Of a stretch of 64,000 nt of DNA, positions 47,972 to 60,695 are shown in pieces (within the stretch, counting starts at the first letter, position 1; each line of letters begins with the position of its first letter). The notes under the pieces are model-generated. The model did not search any database. It saw only the letters and a list, made by a program, of their open reading frames with translations, and had not been told where the DNA came from. Source of the stretch: Salisapilia sapeloensis CBS 127946 (Eukaryota; Protista; Oomycota); assembly GCA_023334545.1 (NCBI GenBank), contig JAADVB010000063.1:16618-80617 (forward strand). Reading direction: 5' to 3'. The translations under genes were made by a program, and so were the position numbers.

Positions 47972-48691
47972 GTGAGACTTGGTACTTTTATTTCGACCAT
48001 CGTGGTAACTGCTGCCATGACCTCAATGAGTCGGGCTGTCGAGACTCCTGCTGTGCTTACATTAAGTGCAGACAAATTGTGCGACGACGACATCCCAGAA
48101 TGGCATAGTATTCCGCGCCTACTCTTCGCGAAAGAATCAGACACTACTGACTGCTTTAACATCATGGTTCTTGCGTCTTATGACTTTGCCGGTATTTACG
48201 GCAACCATGAAGACGAAGCTTGCTATCACAGCAGTTGCAAAACCATCACAGAAAATGGCGCGGATGACTGGAAGATCTCGATATATACCAAAAGGTGACC
48301 GACAAATTTCTCGAAGTGGCGCGCGCATTGCGATGCCTCACCCGAGCCTATGCGTGCCTGCAATTTAGAGGAATTGAAAACGGTGGAGCAGGTGATAAAG
48401 GGGACGAACACGAAAATAATGGTTTTGTGTTTCTGGCCAAATAAATCCGAACGCAATTTAAAAGTACTCGCAGGCTGGGAAGACGTCACAGATTTCACCA
48501 TCGCTATTGATCCTTCATTGTGTAGCGAGAATTGTTCCGATTTGCTCAGCATCATTCTCGTGAAGCTACCCTTCCGTCTCGACGGAAACGAAGGTGGTGG
48601 CGTTTGGAATCGAATTTTAAAGCTTGACTGTGCCCCTGATAAGGCTAAGGACTTTAGTACGGATGGAAAAAATCAGCCAAATACGTCGTAA
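47972..48691 (+). pseudogene. Two-domain elicitin-like secreted protein gene disrupted by GTG start, in-frame TGA and loss of Cys codons
   Basis: ORFs 47972-48298 and 48350-48691 are in the same frame, separated only by TGA at 48296-48298. Signal-like VRLGTFISTIVVTAAMTSMSRA. Domain 1 is C-x23-C-x22-C-x4-C; domain 2 is C-x22-C-x30-C-x3-C-x13-R(CGT)-x17-C. Confidence 0.6.
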
Positions 48692-49301
48692 GCATTGCCG
48701 TGCTTTGTACATGCTTTTCGGTTCCTCTTTGCGCTGTCTGAAGTAAGAGAATAATATTTCCTAAAAATAAATAGCGGGCACTTGATTAATCTTTTTGTTC
48801 GTAAGGTGTACATTGCTGCATAGAGAGATGGATTGAAAGAGCACTGCATATCCTTTAATACTACGTTTAATAAATTATAATAGCACACAGGGCGAAGGCA
48901 TCATCCAAAAGTCCAAAAAGCTTGTTTTAAGAGAGAAGATTAACGAAATTCACGAGTGCCGAAAGCGGCTTAGGACCTGACACTAGTTCCAAGTAGGCAA
49001 AACTAGAAACAGCCACGTGCACCGCATCGAACGTCTTTATGCCTTCATAGTATGTCAGCACGAATTCGGCAGATGGAAGCTAAGCAACGCTACATTTTCC
49101 CCAGCAAACGTTTTATCCCAGCACCCTAAAGTGGATCTAACTGATACAAAGTAGCTAAGTTCACTTCGTTCAACCTAGTTGTTTTCTTAAAGCGCGTGTA
49201 GAATCTGTTCTAGCATTACAAAGTGAAGAAGTGCTGTGAACTTATCTTGCCGATAGATGGCTAGCTTCAAGGTCTTCCTCAAGTACAAGTTAGCCTTGCA
49301 G

Positions 49302-49607
49302 TTATAAAAGAGTGCCTACTATCGAGTTACATAACCATGGCAATTTTTTTCGGGCTTGCGCTGGAAGCAAGCTGAAATTCTTGATGTGATGATCTATGAT
49401 GAGTTGCGGGACCATGTGCTTCTGCAATACTCCACTTCCAGCGAAGTCTGGGGGATGGGATAGAGAAGAGCAACGGAAATGCGACGAGAACTGCCATATT
49501 GATACATTTATAACACCACAATGACGGCGAGGAATAATACATGAAAGACATTTAAACTCCCCAAGAAACCTTCCGTTATTTGTTGAAGAGCTACGTGGTA
49601 GAGGCAA
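49302..49607 (-). pseudogene. Possible decayed 3CxxC-type zinc-binding protein remnant
   Basis: RFLGEFKCLSC in one frame, SLWCYKCINMAVLVAFP in a shifted frame, and HQEF...KLPWLC downstream follow the order of zf-3CxxC motifs, but are frameshifted. Confidence 0.25.
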
Positions 49608-50086
49608 CTTTAGTTCTTATTATCACTTCCTTCCTAGGACAGAGGAGATACATTACTATCCACTCAACATGAAGATGGATGAGGTTTGATAGGTACACAA
49701 CAAACTAGCTTCAACCAATCTCAGAGTGGTATTGTTTTTAGTACCTCCAGTAACACACATCTTCCCTCTATTTTGGTAAGCAATTTCTTTAATGTGTCGA
49801 GATACACCCAGCAACTAGGCATAACTCCACTTGAGGGTTCTAGCACACCGTACCTTACATATTGACATAGCTTGGATAAACTACTTCGTCGCGGGAATCC
49901 GAGAAAAGAGTCAACCGGAGAGAATTTCGCGACACGTTTTTACTCTTCACAATGGGTAGACGGTATTAAATCGTGACAGGAGTGTCAATTCACGATCTTG
50001 AAGATACACGAGTGAAGTTTTCCGTGGACGAAGTAGAAAATTACTTGTCAATTTGCCACATTCCGCTCAAGACTTTCAACTTCCTA

Positions 50087-50816
50087 ATGCTTCGCTTCCT
50101 CACACTAGCAACCTTCCTCGCCGTGTCCAATGCACTTCTAGACCCTGAAGAAGCGTGCTCAGACAACGAACTCAAGATCGTTAACTCTGTCACCGAGAGA
50201 GCTATCGAAAAGGCTGGTTTATCTGACAGCAAAGAATGCTGGGAAGACCTCACGTTCACCTACAGTTGTAACGAGAAATGCCGTGCAGCCTACGCAGTAA
50301 TCGCTGATGAGAGCGAGAAATGCGAAACGGATTTAAGGAAATATGGACACGGGAGTGCTAAAGTTTTCGCATCTACACTTGGCAAACTCTGCGACGATTA
50401 TGATAAGAAGGGTGAGCAGACAAGCTTCAACGATCTACCAGGTACGTCTAGCGACGAATTCATGATCAAATTGAGTCTTTAATGGTATCTTTAATGTAGC
50501 ATTGGAAATGAGCGAAGTCTTCCCGACAGGCGCGTACAGTATACTAAACCCGAAGGACGAAAGCGGCTCGAGAGAATTTGTTGGAGGAAATTCCTACTTT
50601 GAGGACTTGGCTACGGGCATGTCGGAGGGAACAATGGCCGAACCAATGAGCCAAGTTTCAGGCACTAACTTGGTCAAGTTTTCAGACGACACCGCCGGTA
50701 GCACGGGTTCTGACAGCATGGGCTCTGACAGCGCGGGTAGTGATGAAGCTGCAGTCATCGCTACTTCTGTCGTTACCTTCGCTGTTCTGATTACTGCTGC
50801 AGTTGACCTCATATAG
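50087..50816 (+). CDS. Elicitin-like (ELL) secreted protein with Ser/Gly-rich tail and GPI-type C-terminus; 2 exons
   Basis: Signal MLRFLTLATFLAVSNA. Six Cys spaced C-x26-C-x9-C-x3-C-x13-C-x22-C. Intron 50442-50499. Tail GSTGSDSMGSDSAGSDEAAVIATSVVTFAVLITAAVDLI*. Confidence 0.65.
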
Positions 50817-51128
50817 GCAGCAAGACATTTTTACGGTTTGAAATAAACAAACGTTTGTCTTTGAGTTTCAGTTTGGTAGTAAGTGCATGCTATTCGGCGC
50901 TCGAGTATCAAGATATTCATTAGTGTATCGTTATTAAAGATAGCAACGTTCCAAGCTTTACCGTCAATCCATTTGACATTCCAAGATGTCTAGATACTTT
51001 TCATCACCTTCCAACACACATGATGACTTAATCCGACTCAAACGATAAGACACAAGAGTAGCTATGAAAATGTGGTTTCTTTCTCTCTTCCTACGTTGTA
51101 TTCCTTCCATCCCAAACGCAAGTGAGAT

Positions 51129-54100
51129 TTAGGCACTCAGGAACGAGATCGTCGGCTTGCCTGGAGCTGCGGACTCCACCTTCTTCGCATCCGCATCAGA
51201 CGGCAGCTCTTCATTCACATAGTAGAACTACATTCCATCCATTAGCATCAATAACAAGTATAAAATCTCAACGCAATCGTACCTCGACGTCTTCCAACTC
51301 GAGCGACTGGCACAAGTACGGCTTGTTGCTCGACAGCACGTGCTTTTCATCGTACGGCATCTTGAGCTCCAACGCCTCTTCGCCACGCTGCGTCGCTTCG
51401 CTCTTCACATACGCCGCGAATTGCATCACATCCTTAGTCTGCTTCTTGAGCTCATCATCCTGCGCCACGAACGCCTTGACTTGTTTCATGAAGTCATCCG
51501 TGAACGACTTAGTGGTCTTATCAAAGACACCAGCAAGGAAGATGAGCACCTTCTTCTTCCACTCTGGGAATTCCGTTGTTAAGAACACATGTGCACGTTT
51601 CGGTTTCTCCTCCGGCGTCTTGGCCTTGCCCTTCTTACCCTTGTTTCCCTTGAGCTTGGTATCACGGAAGTTCTTGATGGTAGAGCTCAAGTACTCACCA
51701 GCACGCAGCACCGCCAAGTCCAAGTTCTCTACTTGCGGCCAAGAAGCCTTCGACACGAAGCCTTCCTTGCCGATCAACGTCCAGCAGTGTTCACAGAAGT
51801 GCGGCGTGATGGGCGAAAGGACGACGAGCTGCGTCTCGATGAACCGCTGGATGACGTCCTTGTGGAAGCCAGTGCCGCTCTGCGTGCATAGCTCACGGTA
51901 GTTGTCACGAGCGATTTGGAACTCGAAGAAACCAGTACGCAGACCCTCACGCCAGTGCATCTCATCAAACGCCTTTTGCGTCTCCATCAGCAAGACGTTA
52001 ATACGTTGCAGGAACACTTGGTCGTTGAACGTCAGTTCTCCACTACGCATCGAATCGTACTCGCTCATCATCTTCTTAATCCACTCTTCTTCCGTCGTGA
52101 GACGCAAGATCGCCATGTTACAAGTGTCCAACGCAAAGTTCGCATCATCCATGCCATCTCCAGCGTCCGCACAGGCAAATCGCGTGGCGTCGGCACCAAA
52201 GTCACGAGCACAGTCCTTGAGCGTGAGGAAGTTACCCTTGCTCTTCGACATCTTGGCGCCGTCCACTTGGACGTGTCCGTTCGTGAAGAATCCACGCGGC
52301 CATTTCTCCGGGTCATCACGCCAGATCTCGGCGTGCGTATACAAGTTCATGGTCAAGTGGTTACGAATGAGGTCTTTACCAGACACACGTAGATCCATTG
52401 GGTACCAGTACTCAAACTCTTGACGCATTTGCTCCAGTTTTTCCATCGGGATGGACGAGTCTTTCGGTGCTTCACCCTTGAGGAAGATAAAGTCAAACAC
52501 TTGATCCGTTAGTTGATCGACAGACACGTCGAGCGTTCCCTTCTTGTCTCCCTTAAGGTCTTCCTGAAGGAGGTGGGCGATCGTGTAGTACGCCATGTAG
52601 ATGGTCGAGTCCGAGAGCGATTCCACGACGACTTCCGTGTCCCACGGCAGCTTAGTGCCGAGACCGACTTGACGGCAGACAGCCCACTCCTTCATCCACC
52701 CGAGCGTCGCCTTGTACTCCCCCAAGGCAACGTTGTCATAGGCGTTAAACGTCTCCGGGTTGCTCACGTGGTTGACGACACGCGTCTTCCAGTCCTCTTC
52801 ACCGTACGAAGAGTACCACTGGTCCAAGTGGGCAACGACGCACTCGTCTCCAGAGCGAGACATGACGAGCGACTCTGGCTCCCAGTACACGATGCCCTGG
52901 TTGTTATCCAAGAGCTCTTGTCGCGCATCTTGCTTGGCGTCACAGACCTTGCGTCCCTTCTGACTACCCACGAGCATGACACCTTCGTAGAAACCCTTGA
53001 GGTACACGCGTTCCTTGGCCTTTGCAAGCTTATCCTTATCGTTCTGCGATTTGATTTTCAATTCGTCGCAGAGGAATTCAGCAGCCTTGTCGCCGAATTC
53101 AGGGATGTGAATGATCGGAACGATGTCGTACGGAACGATCATGTGCTCTTCAATGTGGAACTTTTCACGTAGAGCAGGCTTTTGCTTGAGATCACGGACG
53201 GCAGCAAAGTCGTCTGGAGAGTCCGACGGGACACTCGTGACGACACCAGTGCCCTTGGACATGGAGATCGTCAAGAGCGGGAGAGTGTAGATTGTGTCGA
53301 AGGGAGCGTTCGGGGCAGAGAGAGGGAGGCCGAGGAGGTCCCATCCCTTCAACTCCAACAGACATTCTTCCTGTCCCCACACGCGAGACATGTCCTGGTA
53401 CGCCAAGTTGCGAGCAGCGCGACGAGATATGATGAACACGTCTTCCGCGTCGTTGATGACGAAAGCGCCATAGTCTCCGTCTGGAAGGACAAAGCAGTTT
53501 GTCTGACCGTACATGGTCTCCGGGCGGAGGGTGGCAGGAGCCAAGTAGACGTTCTTGCCTTCCAAAGCAGACAGTTTGCCCTGTAGCTTCTGCACCTTGA
53601 GCTTCACGAGCGTGTACTCCTGCGGGTTCGCGCCTTCACCGGCAGCACGGTCGTGGTCTTGACAGCTCTGCTGGTCGATCGTCGAGTACACCGTCGGGCG
53701 CTTGCCACGGAAGATGCGGCCACGCTCCTTGAGCTTACGCATCTGCCACTGGACGAACGCATCAAAGTACGGATTGATGTCCGTCGTCATGAATGACCGA
53801 CGCCAGTCTACGCTGATACCAAAGCGTTCGAGATCGGCCTGACCATGAGGAGGGAAGTACTCGAGCCAGTACAAGGGGTCACTGAACGCCGGGATCTCTT
53901 CCTCCGGGATGTTCGAAATCTTCATAATGTCGTATTGACGAACGGCACCGGCCTTGGCAACAGCCTTGGACTTCTTGCCCTTGGCCTTGTTTGCTGGATC
54001 CGTAGACGTTTTCTCTATTTAAGAGGATAAAAAATGGATTTATGGTGCTGATAAAATCGATATGTACCTTGTGTTTCCGCCGGTGCGTCGGCTTCATCAA

Positions 54101-54491
54101 TGGAAAAGTCTGGCGGGCAGCCATAGGTCTCAAGTTCTGCCTTGAGCTTGTTGGCAGCAGCTTGGATCGGCATACCAGTGCAGTGGAAGGCGAATGGGAA
54201 GACGACGTTCTCGCCCTTGAGACGGTGGTAGCGACTGGCAAACTCTGCCTTGGTGAGCGTGAACAAGTGCCCGACGTGCATGTACCCATTCATGTACGGG
54301 AAAGGGAAGGTAACCATATACTTTGGCTTTCCAGGCTCTGGGTCGGCTTCAAAGACCTTCGCTTCGGACCATTGTTGAATTACTTTCTCTTCAATCTCTT
54401 GCAAATGGTCACGACGAGTAAACTTCTTGGACCCAGCATCAGTCGCCTCTGCCACTTCCATACCTTTCATCTTATTGCTCACTTGCTCCAT
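51129..54491 (-). CDS. LARS1: Cytosolic leucyl-tRNA synthetase; 3 exons
   Basis: PYMNGYMHVGH (HIGH), CP1 editing domain (LRPETMYGQTN, KGTGVVTSVPSDSPDD), SLSDSTIYMAYY, SGKDLIRNHL and KMSKSKGNF. Introns near 54016-54066 and 51236-51283. Confidence 0.96.
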
Positions 54492-54861
54492 CTCCTCCAC
54501 ACGGATCGATAGTAGGAATGCCCAAACGTTTGGCCACCAGAAGATTTAGTAGGGGCATTCTGTGATGAACGAGATCATTCAACAGCTGGATGACGGCGCT
54601 TCAAGTCAGAGACAAGCAGGATGGTCTTCAGGTCTACTAGATCTATATGTGCTAATTACATGAGAAGGAGGTTGCAAGTACGAATGGAGATTGATAGCCT
54701 TAAGAGATGTGCTATAGTTGTACACGGTGTGATAGTATAGATATCTGCTTTTGTAGGTTATGATATGTTTGGTGGTAAGCTGGAAAGGAGGGGAAAACTT
54801 GGAGAATAGCTCTATGTAGAGTATATGTTTATTCAATAGGATTGTATGTACTTGGAAGATA

Positions 54862-57800
54862 CTAGACCGGTGGTAGCCGCTGGGAAGTAGGGGATGTGGG
54901 TTTTCGAGGTGCCGACATCTTTGGACTTGGTGTGAATCGAGGCTTTAATCCGGACTGTGCGCTGCTGTTTGCTCGCTTTAGTCCACCACCAAGCGTTACT
55001 TCAAGCTTTCGCAGCTTTTCGCGGAGTTGCTTGATGCTTTGCTTTTGGTACTCTGTTTTCATCCGTTTTTCATCGCCTCCATCTCTGTCCGTTGCTTTGG
55101 CTTTTCGGAAGACCATTTTCTTTTTACCCTTTGTCTCTTGCATCTCCATTCGCACTTGATGATACTCTCTTCGCATTTCATTCACTTGTGTCGTCAACAC
55201 AGCATTCTCCCGTTGCATCCGATGGAGCTCCGTTTCACTTATGTGCATTCCTTTTAACAACTTTTTCTTTAGTGACTCGACTTCTTTCTCTAAGTACTCT
55301 CGCTGTCGATTGTACTCTAGTTGTGAATCTGGTTCTTTCGAATCTGCTTCCACACTCTCTTCATACTTTTTATTCAATGCAATCATACTAGCTTTCAAAG
55401 ACTTCTTGTCTTCCAGCTGATGCGCACAGTGTAGTAGGTCCGTTTGTACCTGCCTCTTTAGCAGTCGACCTCGTGCCATTTCTTGCATCTGTACCTCAAT
55501 CTCCTTTTGCATGCCATCCATCTTTAGTCGGAGCTCGCCAATCGTCAAATCTAGAGCTGCGTTGCTCTTGTGGTACTGCTCCAATTCCGCATCCATATCC
55601 TGAATCTGAGTCCGCATCGTCGCAATCTCTTGCTCCCGAGGTTCAATCTGTCGCTTCAATTCCTTGATTTTATAATCCAACACGAATTTGAACTTTTCTA
55701 GCTCTTGATTCTTCTTTTTCAAATCATAAATTCGTTTCTCTTTATCCTGAATCGTCTCCTCTCGTTCTCGTATTTCTTTTTTATGCCCTTGAATATCTTT
55801 CTCCAGACCTTTGATCGTCTCCAAAAGCTCTCGACTTTTATCTTCTAACGACCGAATTTCTTCTTTTTGATCTTCAATATCCTTTTGTAACGATGCATAC
55901 TTCTTCTTCATGATCCCATTCTCTCCTTTCAATCTCAACGTCGCCTCTCGTTCCTCTCTTAGTCGCACTTCAAAATTCAATTTAAGTTCCTCGACTTCGG
56001 TCTCTCCATCCTCTTCCAAATGCCTCTTTAAAGTCTCATTGCGTTGGACCAATGCTTCCTTTGCATTCGTGCTTTTCGCCTGCAAAGCTTGCTCATGGCC
56101 GATCTTCTGATCGTACTCGGTCGTCTTCTCCGATAAAGACTGCGTATGTCCTTCCACGAGCACATGATTTTCACTTTCGAACGCAGCGTTCTGCTGTTCT
56201 CGAGACTCTTCTAGCGCCATCAACCTTTCCTTCTCCGCCACGACTTTTGCCTCATATGCTTCCTTTAGTTCTTCCAACTCTTGTTTCTGGACACTCGACA
56301 TCTTCTCCATTTTCTTTGTATAATCCAATTCCATCGCAGTCTTGTCTTGCTGCAAATCAGCACATCGCTGTTTATCCTGTGCTAACTCAGCGGAGAATTT
56401 ATCTGACACTTCTTTCATCTTCTCATTATAGTTCATGTCTTTCAGACGTAATTGATACTCATTTTGTAGTATCAACTCATCGACTTTGTTCTTGAACTCC
56501 GTCATGACACGATGCTTCTCTTCCAAATCCGACTTGGTCACGAGAATTTCTTCCGCAAAGGCTAAACCATTTCCATTTGTACTAGTATTCCCACTTTCCA
56601 TACGTGCTTCTTTCCCACTTGCACCTTTCATCCCGTTATTCGCCTTTACGACCACATCTCTTGTCTCGAATATACTTAAGCAACCATCTTCACCAGTGGT
56701 GAAGAGGTACTGGTAATCGCTAGATATCCGCATACGAGTCACTTGAGCATCATGACATTGGTATTCGAAAAACACAGGTCCAGTGTTGCTCCCTAGTGCC
56801 GTGGATGGTGCTCCGGATCCTTGGAAACCTGCTTTCTCAGAAGCAGGTGTGAAAGAAGAACTAGACGCTGCAGCGCCTTGCTTCTTCTCAAGTGGTAGCT
56901 TGTATGCTCGTACGGTTCCTGGCTTGCCACTTTCAGAGCACCCAACATACAAGATCTGTTGCGACCCTGCAAGTGCCATGGGACCAAAGGTGACATTCGG
57001 CCAGTGCTCTGTCTTGGTCGAACCAGTGACCACATCCACTTCTTTCAATGCACCATCCGTGCCGCTCGCATACACTACGTCTCCATCTTGATAGTGTACC
57101 GCATCCGTGTACGTGCATCTAGCATGCGAATGGCCGTCGCCGACCTTTGTCGCGGTGCGTAGGTCCCACAATAGAATGGCGCCATCCGCACCACACGTCG
57201 TCAGTCTTCGGTCATCCTGCCGCCAACAGACCGACATGACTCGATTGGAATGACCTCGAAGGACACTTACTAGCTCACCTGTGTACGTAGCGTACACTTG
57301 AACGACATTGTTGTTCACGGCAGCAAAGTACTGTCCTCCATGACTAAAGCGTACTTCTCGACAGCCTTTAATAGCAAACTCTCGAAAGGGCCGAATGTCG
57401 TCCATCAATAGATTCAGCATCTTTAGTTTATCCGTAAACCCGACAACGAGGTGAAAGCCAGATGGGTGGAAAGCTATGGAATGAAGAGTTTCTTTAAATG
57501 TCCGCATAAGTTCCATCGTGTGATCCAAGTAGTTCCAGACACGAATCGATTTGTCTTTCCCACACGTCGCGATCAAAGGCTTTCGGACACAAGTGTCTAG
57601 ACCAGTGATACCACCGCTGTGGAAAGGAGTGGAAAGTAGTTCAAAATTCATTGCATCTTCTTTCAAGATGTCAGTGCTTGACAATGTCAGGACGTAAAGC
57701 TGATTGTCTTCCAAAGAACATACGAGCGAATCTTCTGCTGGACTAATCGCAATGTCTACGATCGTGTTGGTGTTTCCTTCGACACCAAATGTTTTTGTTC

Positions 57801-58757
57801 GACGATAGACTTCACGTGCATCTTCACTGCGGTCGTACAAGCGTACGAGACCGCCTGAGCCACCACAGACAAAGCCTTTCGAGTATCCTAAAATACAATT
57901 GACCGTGCTTCCATCTCCGATTGGAGACGATGGAAGCACGAGTCGAAACTCAAATTCTTCTATAAGCCAAAGCTCTCCGCTGTCTACTGCTGCAATAACT
58001 TGGTTTTCACTAACCCATGCATGGCATAAAAAGTTTCCAACTTCTCTTTTTAATGGTGTGGTTTGCTGTCGTAGCTGTCCGTCAACGAATTTGTAGAACT
58101 TGAGGATACCATTACCACTAACGCAAACCGTAGTTGAGTCGTACGGATTGAAATCCACTTGAGATATCGTGCTTCCGGATGGTACTGTGGTCTTAAGGGA
58201 ATGCACAAGTTTCGATTTTTCCCACAACCAGAGTGAGAGTGTCCAATCTGGACTTCCTGTCTGTGTTAAACAAAAGCGGTTGTCACTGGAGAACGCGATG
58301 GATATAAACGCGTCTGAACCAGTTTCAGGTAGGTGAAGTGTCTTGCGCCGACGTAAGGTGGTCACGTCATGAATGTGCACGGCTGGTTTCTCGCCTCGTT
58401 CAGCCACTGCGACGTACCTAAGTTTTAAGAAACTGAATATGATTCACTAAAGTAGCTCTAGGAGACGTAATGTACCTTCGATTGGTGGAAACTCCAAACG
58501 CGGTGATGGCATCAGCTGATGTCGTTTCGATACCATGAATAAACTGTTGTTCTTTCGACTCGATACTATGTATCACTGCATTGTGCCCACACGGATACAC
58601 AACTTGATTTTCGTCCACGAATGCAATATGCTTAGGAAAGGAGTTTTTAATGCCAACCAGGTATCTATGTGTCATACTCAGTTCCAGTCCATCATACTTC
58701 CATTTCAACAAAATACCTGTGTATAAGTAAAGCTGTCGATGTTCCTGGAGTACTCAT
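54862..58757 (-). CDS. CFAP57: Cilia- and flagella-associated protein 57 (WD40 repeats + long coiled coil); 3 exons
   Basis: Spliced start MSTPGTSTALLIHRYLVGIKNSFPKHIAFVDENQVVYPCGHN (intron 58665-58716). Multiple WD repeats, AEEILVTKSDLEEK...NEYQLRLKD, and YDLKKKNQELEKFKFVLDYKIKELKRQIEPRE. Confidence 0.9.
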
Positions 58758-59199
58758 CCTCCTGCTGTCTTCTCAAAGCTAATATACTCGAAACAAAAGA
58801 CACACCAAAGTATTCCTCATCAAAGTACGTTTCATTCCTTCTCGCTAAAAATAAGCTGCTTGGTAGAGTGTTCGTAACAATGACTACCATCTGGATCCCA
58901 CCGTATAACAGTTAGAAATACGCGCCATCCACGCGATTTTCTCCTGATCGAAAACGACACGAGCTAAACGCAGTCGTTCCTCGCCTTCGCTACCTGTACT
59001 AGAAGCACCAGGAACAGTCCCCTGCTACTTCATCCTATCTACGCGTTCTATAGAGGTAATTTTGCCTACTCTTTATAAACTCAAAGCTCTGTGGGCTGTT
59101 CAAAGCACGATCCAATCCTTTTCGCAATTACTGGATCTGCATTCATTATTCACACAACTCTACTTCTCTTCGACTAGTCGAGTGGATTTTGCAGCATAT

Positions 59200-59216
59200 A
59201 CTCATTCCGTTCATAC
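59200..59216 (+). promoter_or_regulatory. Inr-like element upstream of eIF2-gamma
   Basis: ACTCATTCCG matches the oomycete Inr core (YCATTYY) about 50 nt before the ATG at 59250. The FPR half is imperfect. Confidence 0.45.
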
Positions 59217-59249
59217 TGTAGAAAATCTACCACACCTTTTTCAATTATC

Positions 59250-60695
59250 ATGGCGGAGAACATGCCATCGCAGACGCACTTGGCCGTCCAAGACCTTTCG
59301 AAGCTCAACCCGGATGAGCTCAACCCGCTCACACCGGAAGTCATCAGTCGTCAGGTAACTAGATTCATTTCTTGTATGATTCTTACATAAACTAATTAAC
59401 TGTTGTAGGCCACTATTAACATTGGTACCATCGGTCACGTTGCCCATGGTAAATCGACTGTCGTCAAAGCCATCTCTGGCGTCCAGACCGTTCGATTTAA
59501 GAACGAATTGGAGCGTAATATCACCATCAAGCTCGGATACGCCAATGCTAAAATCTATCGCGCCGAGAACGGATCGGGTATTGGCTGCTACAAAGCTTTT
59601 GGCAGCTCCAAGCCAGACCGCTTCACGGACGAGGCGGACGGTCTTACCTACGCTCTCCAACGCCACGTTTCGTTCGTCGATTGCCCAGGTCACGACATTC
59701 TCATGGCCACGATGCTTAACGGAGCCGCCGTCATGGACGCCGCACTGCTCCTCGTCGCCGGCAACGAGCCGTGCCCGCAGCCTCAGACGTCGGAACATCT
59801 CGCTGCCATCGAGATCATGCGTCTCCAGAACATCATCATCCTCCAGAACAAGGTGGATCTGATTAAGGAGGATGCTGCCGTCGTCCAGCATGAGCAGATC
59901 AAAAAATTCGTGGCCGGCACCGTCGCACAAGACGCGCCTGTGATCCCGATCTCGGCCGTCCTTAAGTACAACGTCGACGTTGTGTGCGAATACATTTGCC
60001 GTAACATTCCGGTGCCACGTCGCGACTTTACGTCCAAGCCCAAGCTCATTGTCATTCGATCGTTTGATGTGAACAAGCCTGGTGAAGACGTCGAGAAGCT
60101 CAAGGGTGGTGTTGCTGGTGGATCCATCCTCCAGGGTGTCTTGCGTGTTGGTGACGAGATCGAAGTGCGTCCTGGTATCGTCAGCAAAGACGAGGAAGGC
60201 AAGATGTCGTGCGTCCCAATCTTCTCTCGCATCGAGTCGCTGTATGCGGAGAAGAACGACCTGCAGTACGCTGTCCCAGGCGGTCTCATCGGTGTCGGTA
60301 CGCGCATTGACCCGACGCTGACGCGATCTGACCGACTTGTGGGCCAAGTGCTTGGCCTCAAGGGCAGTCTCCCGCACGTCTTTACGGAACTAGAGATTAA
60401 CTTTTACTTGTTGAAGCGATTGTTGGGTGTCAAGACGCAGGAAGGTAGTAAGGCGAGCAAGGTGCAGAAGCTGACCAAGGCCGAGGTGTTGATGGTGAAC
60501 ATTGGCTCGACAGCGACTGGTGGCAAGGTCATTGCCGTCAAGCAGGATCTTGCGAAGATTCTGTTGACAGTTCCGGTTTGTACGCAGGAAGGAGAGAAGA
60601 TTGCCATCAGTCGGCGTATCAACAAGTACTGGCGACTCATTGGCTGGGGACAGATCCGTCGTGGTAGCCGCATTGAGATTAATGACAACGAATAA
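59250..60695 (+). CDS. EIF2S3: Eukaryotic translation initiation factor 2 subunit gamma; 2 exons
   Basis: Intron 59355-59408. [68 protein letters not shown]. Confidence 0.97.

Noticed and set aside
48296-48298. TGA as selenocysteine in the elicitin-like ORF
   Set aside because: The TGA is not at a conserved Cys position, I could not identify a SECIS element, and the other lesions (GTG start, Cys-to-Arg/Trp) point to decay.
51122-54512. Several long plus-strand ORFs antisense to LeuRS (134-259 aa)
   Set aside because: Shadow ORFs caused by codon bias of the real minus-strand gene.
59241-60377. 378-aa antisense ORF over eIF2-gamma, reading through the 54-nt intron
   Set aside because: It is in register with the sense codons of a strongly biased gene that avoids TTA/CTA/TCA, so the antisense frame stays open. 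It has no recognisable motifs.
38237-60695. Apparent nutrient-sensing cluster (KICS2, CTLH ligase, LeuRS, eIF2-gamma)
   Set aside because: The genes are interspersed with unrelated ones over 22 kb on mixed strands. Co-location is expected by chance in a gene-dense eukaryotic block.
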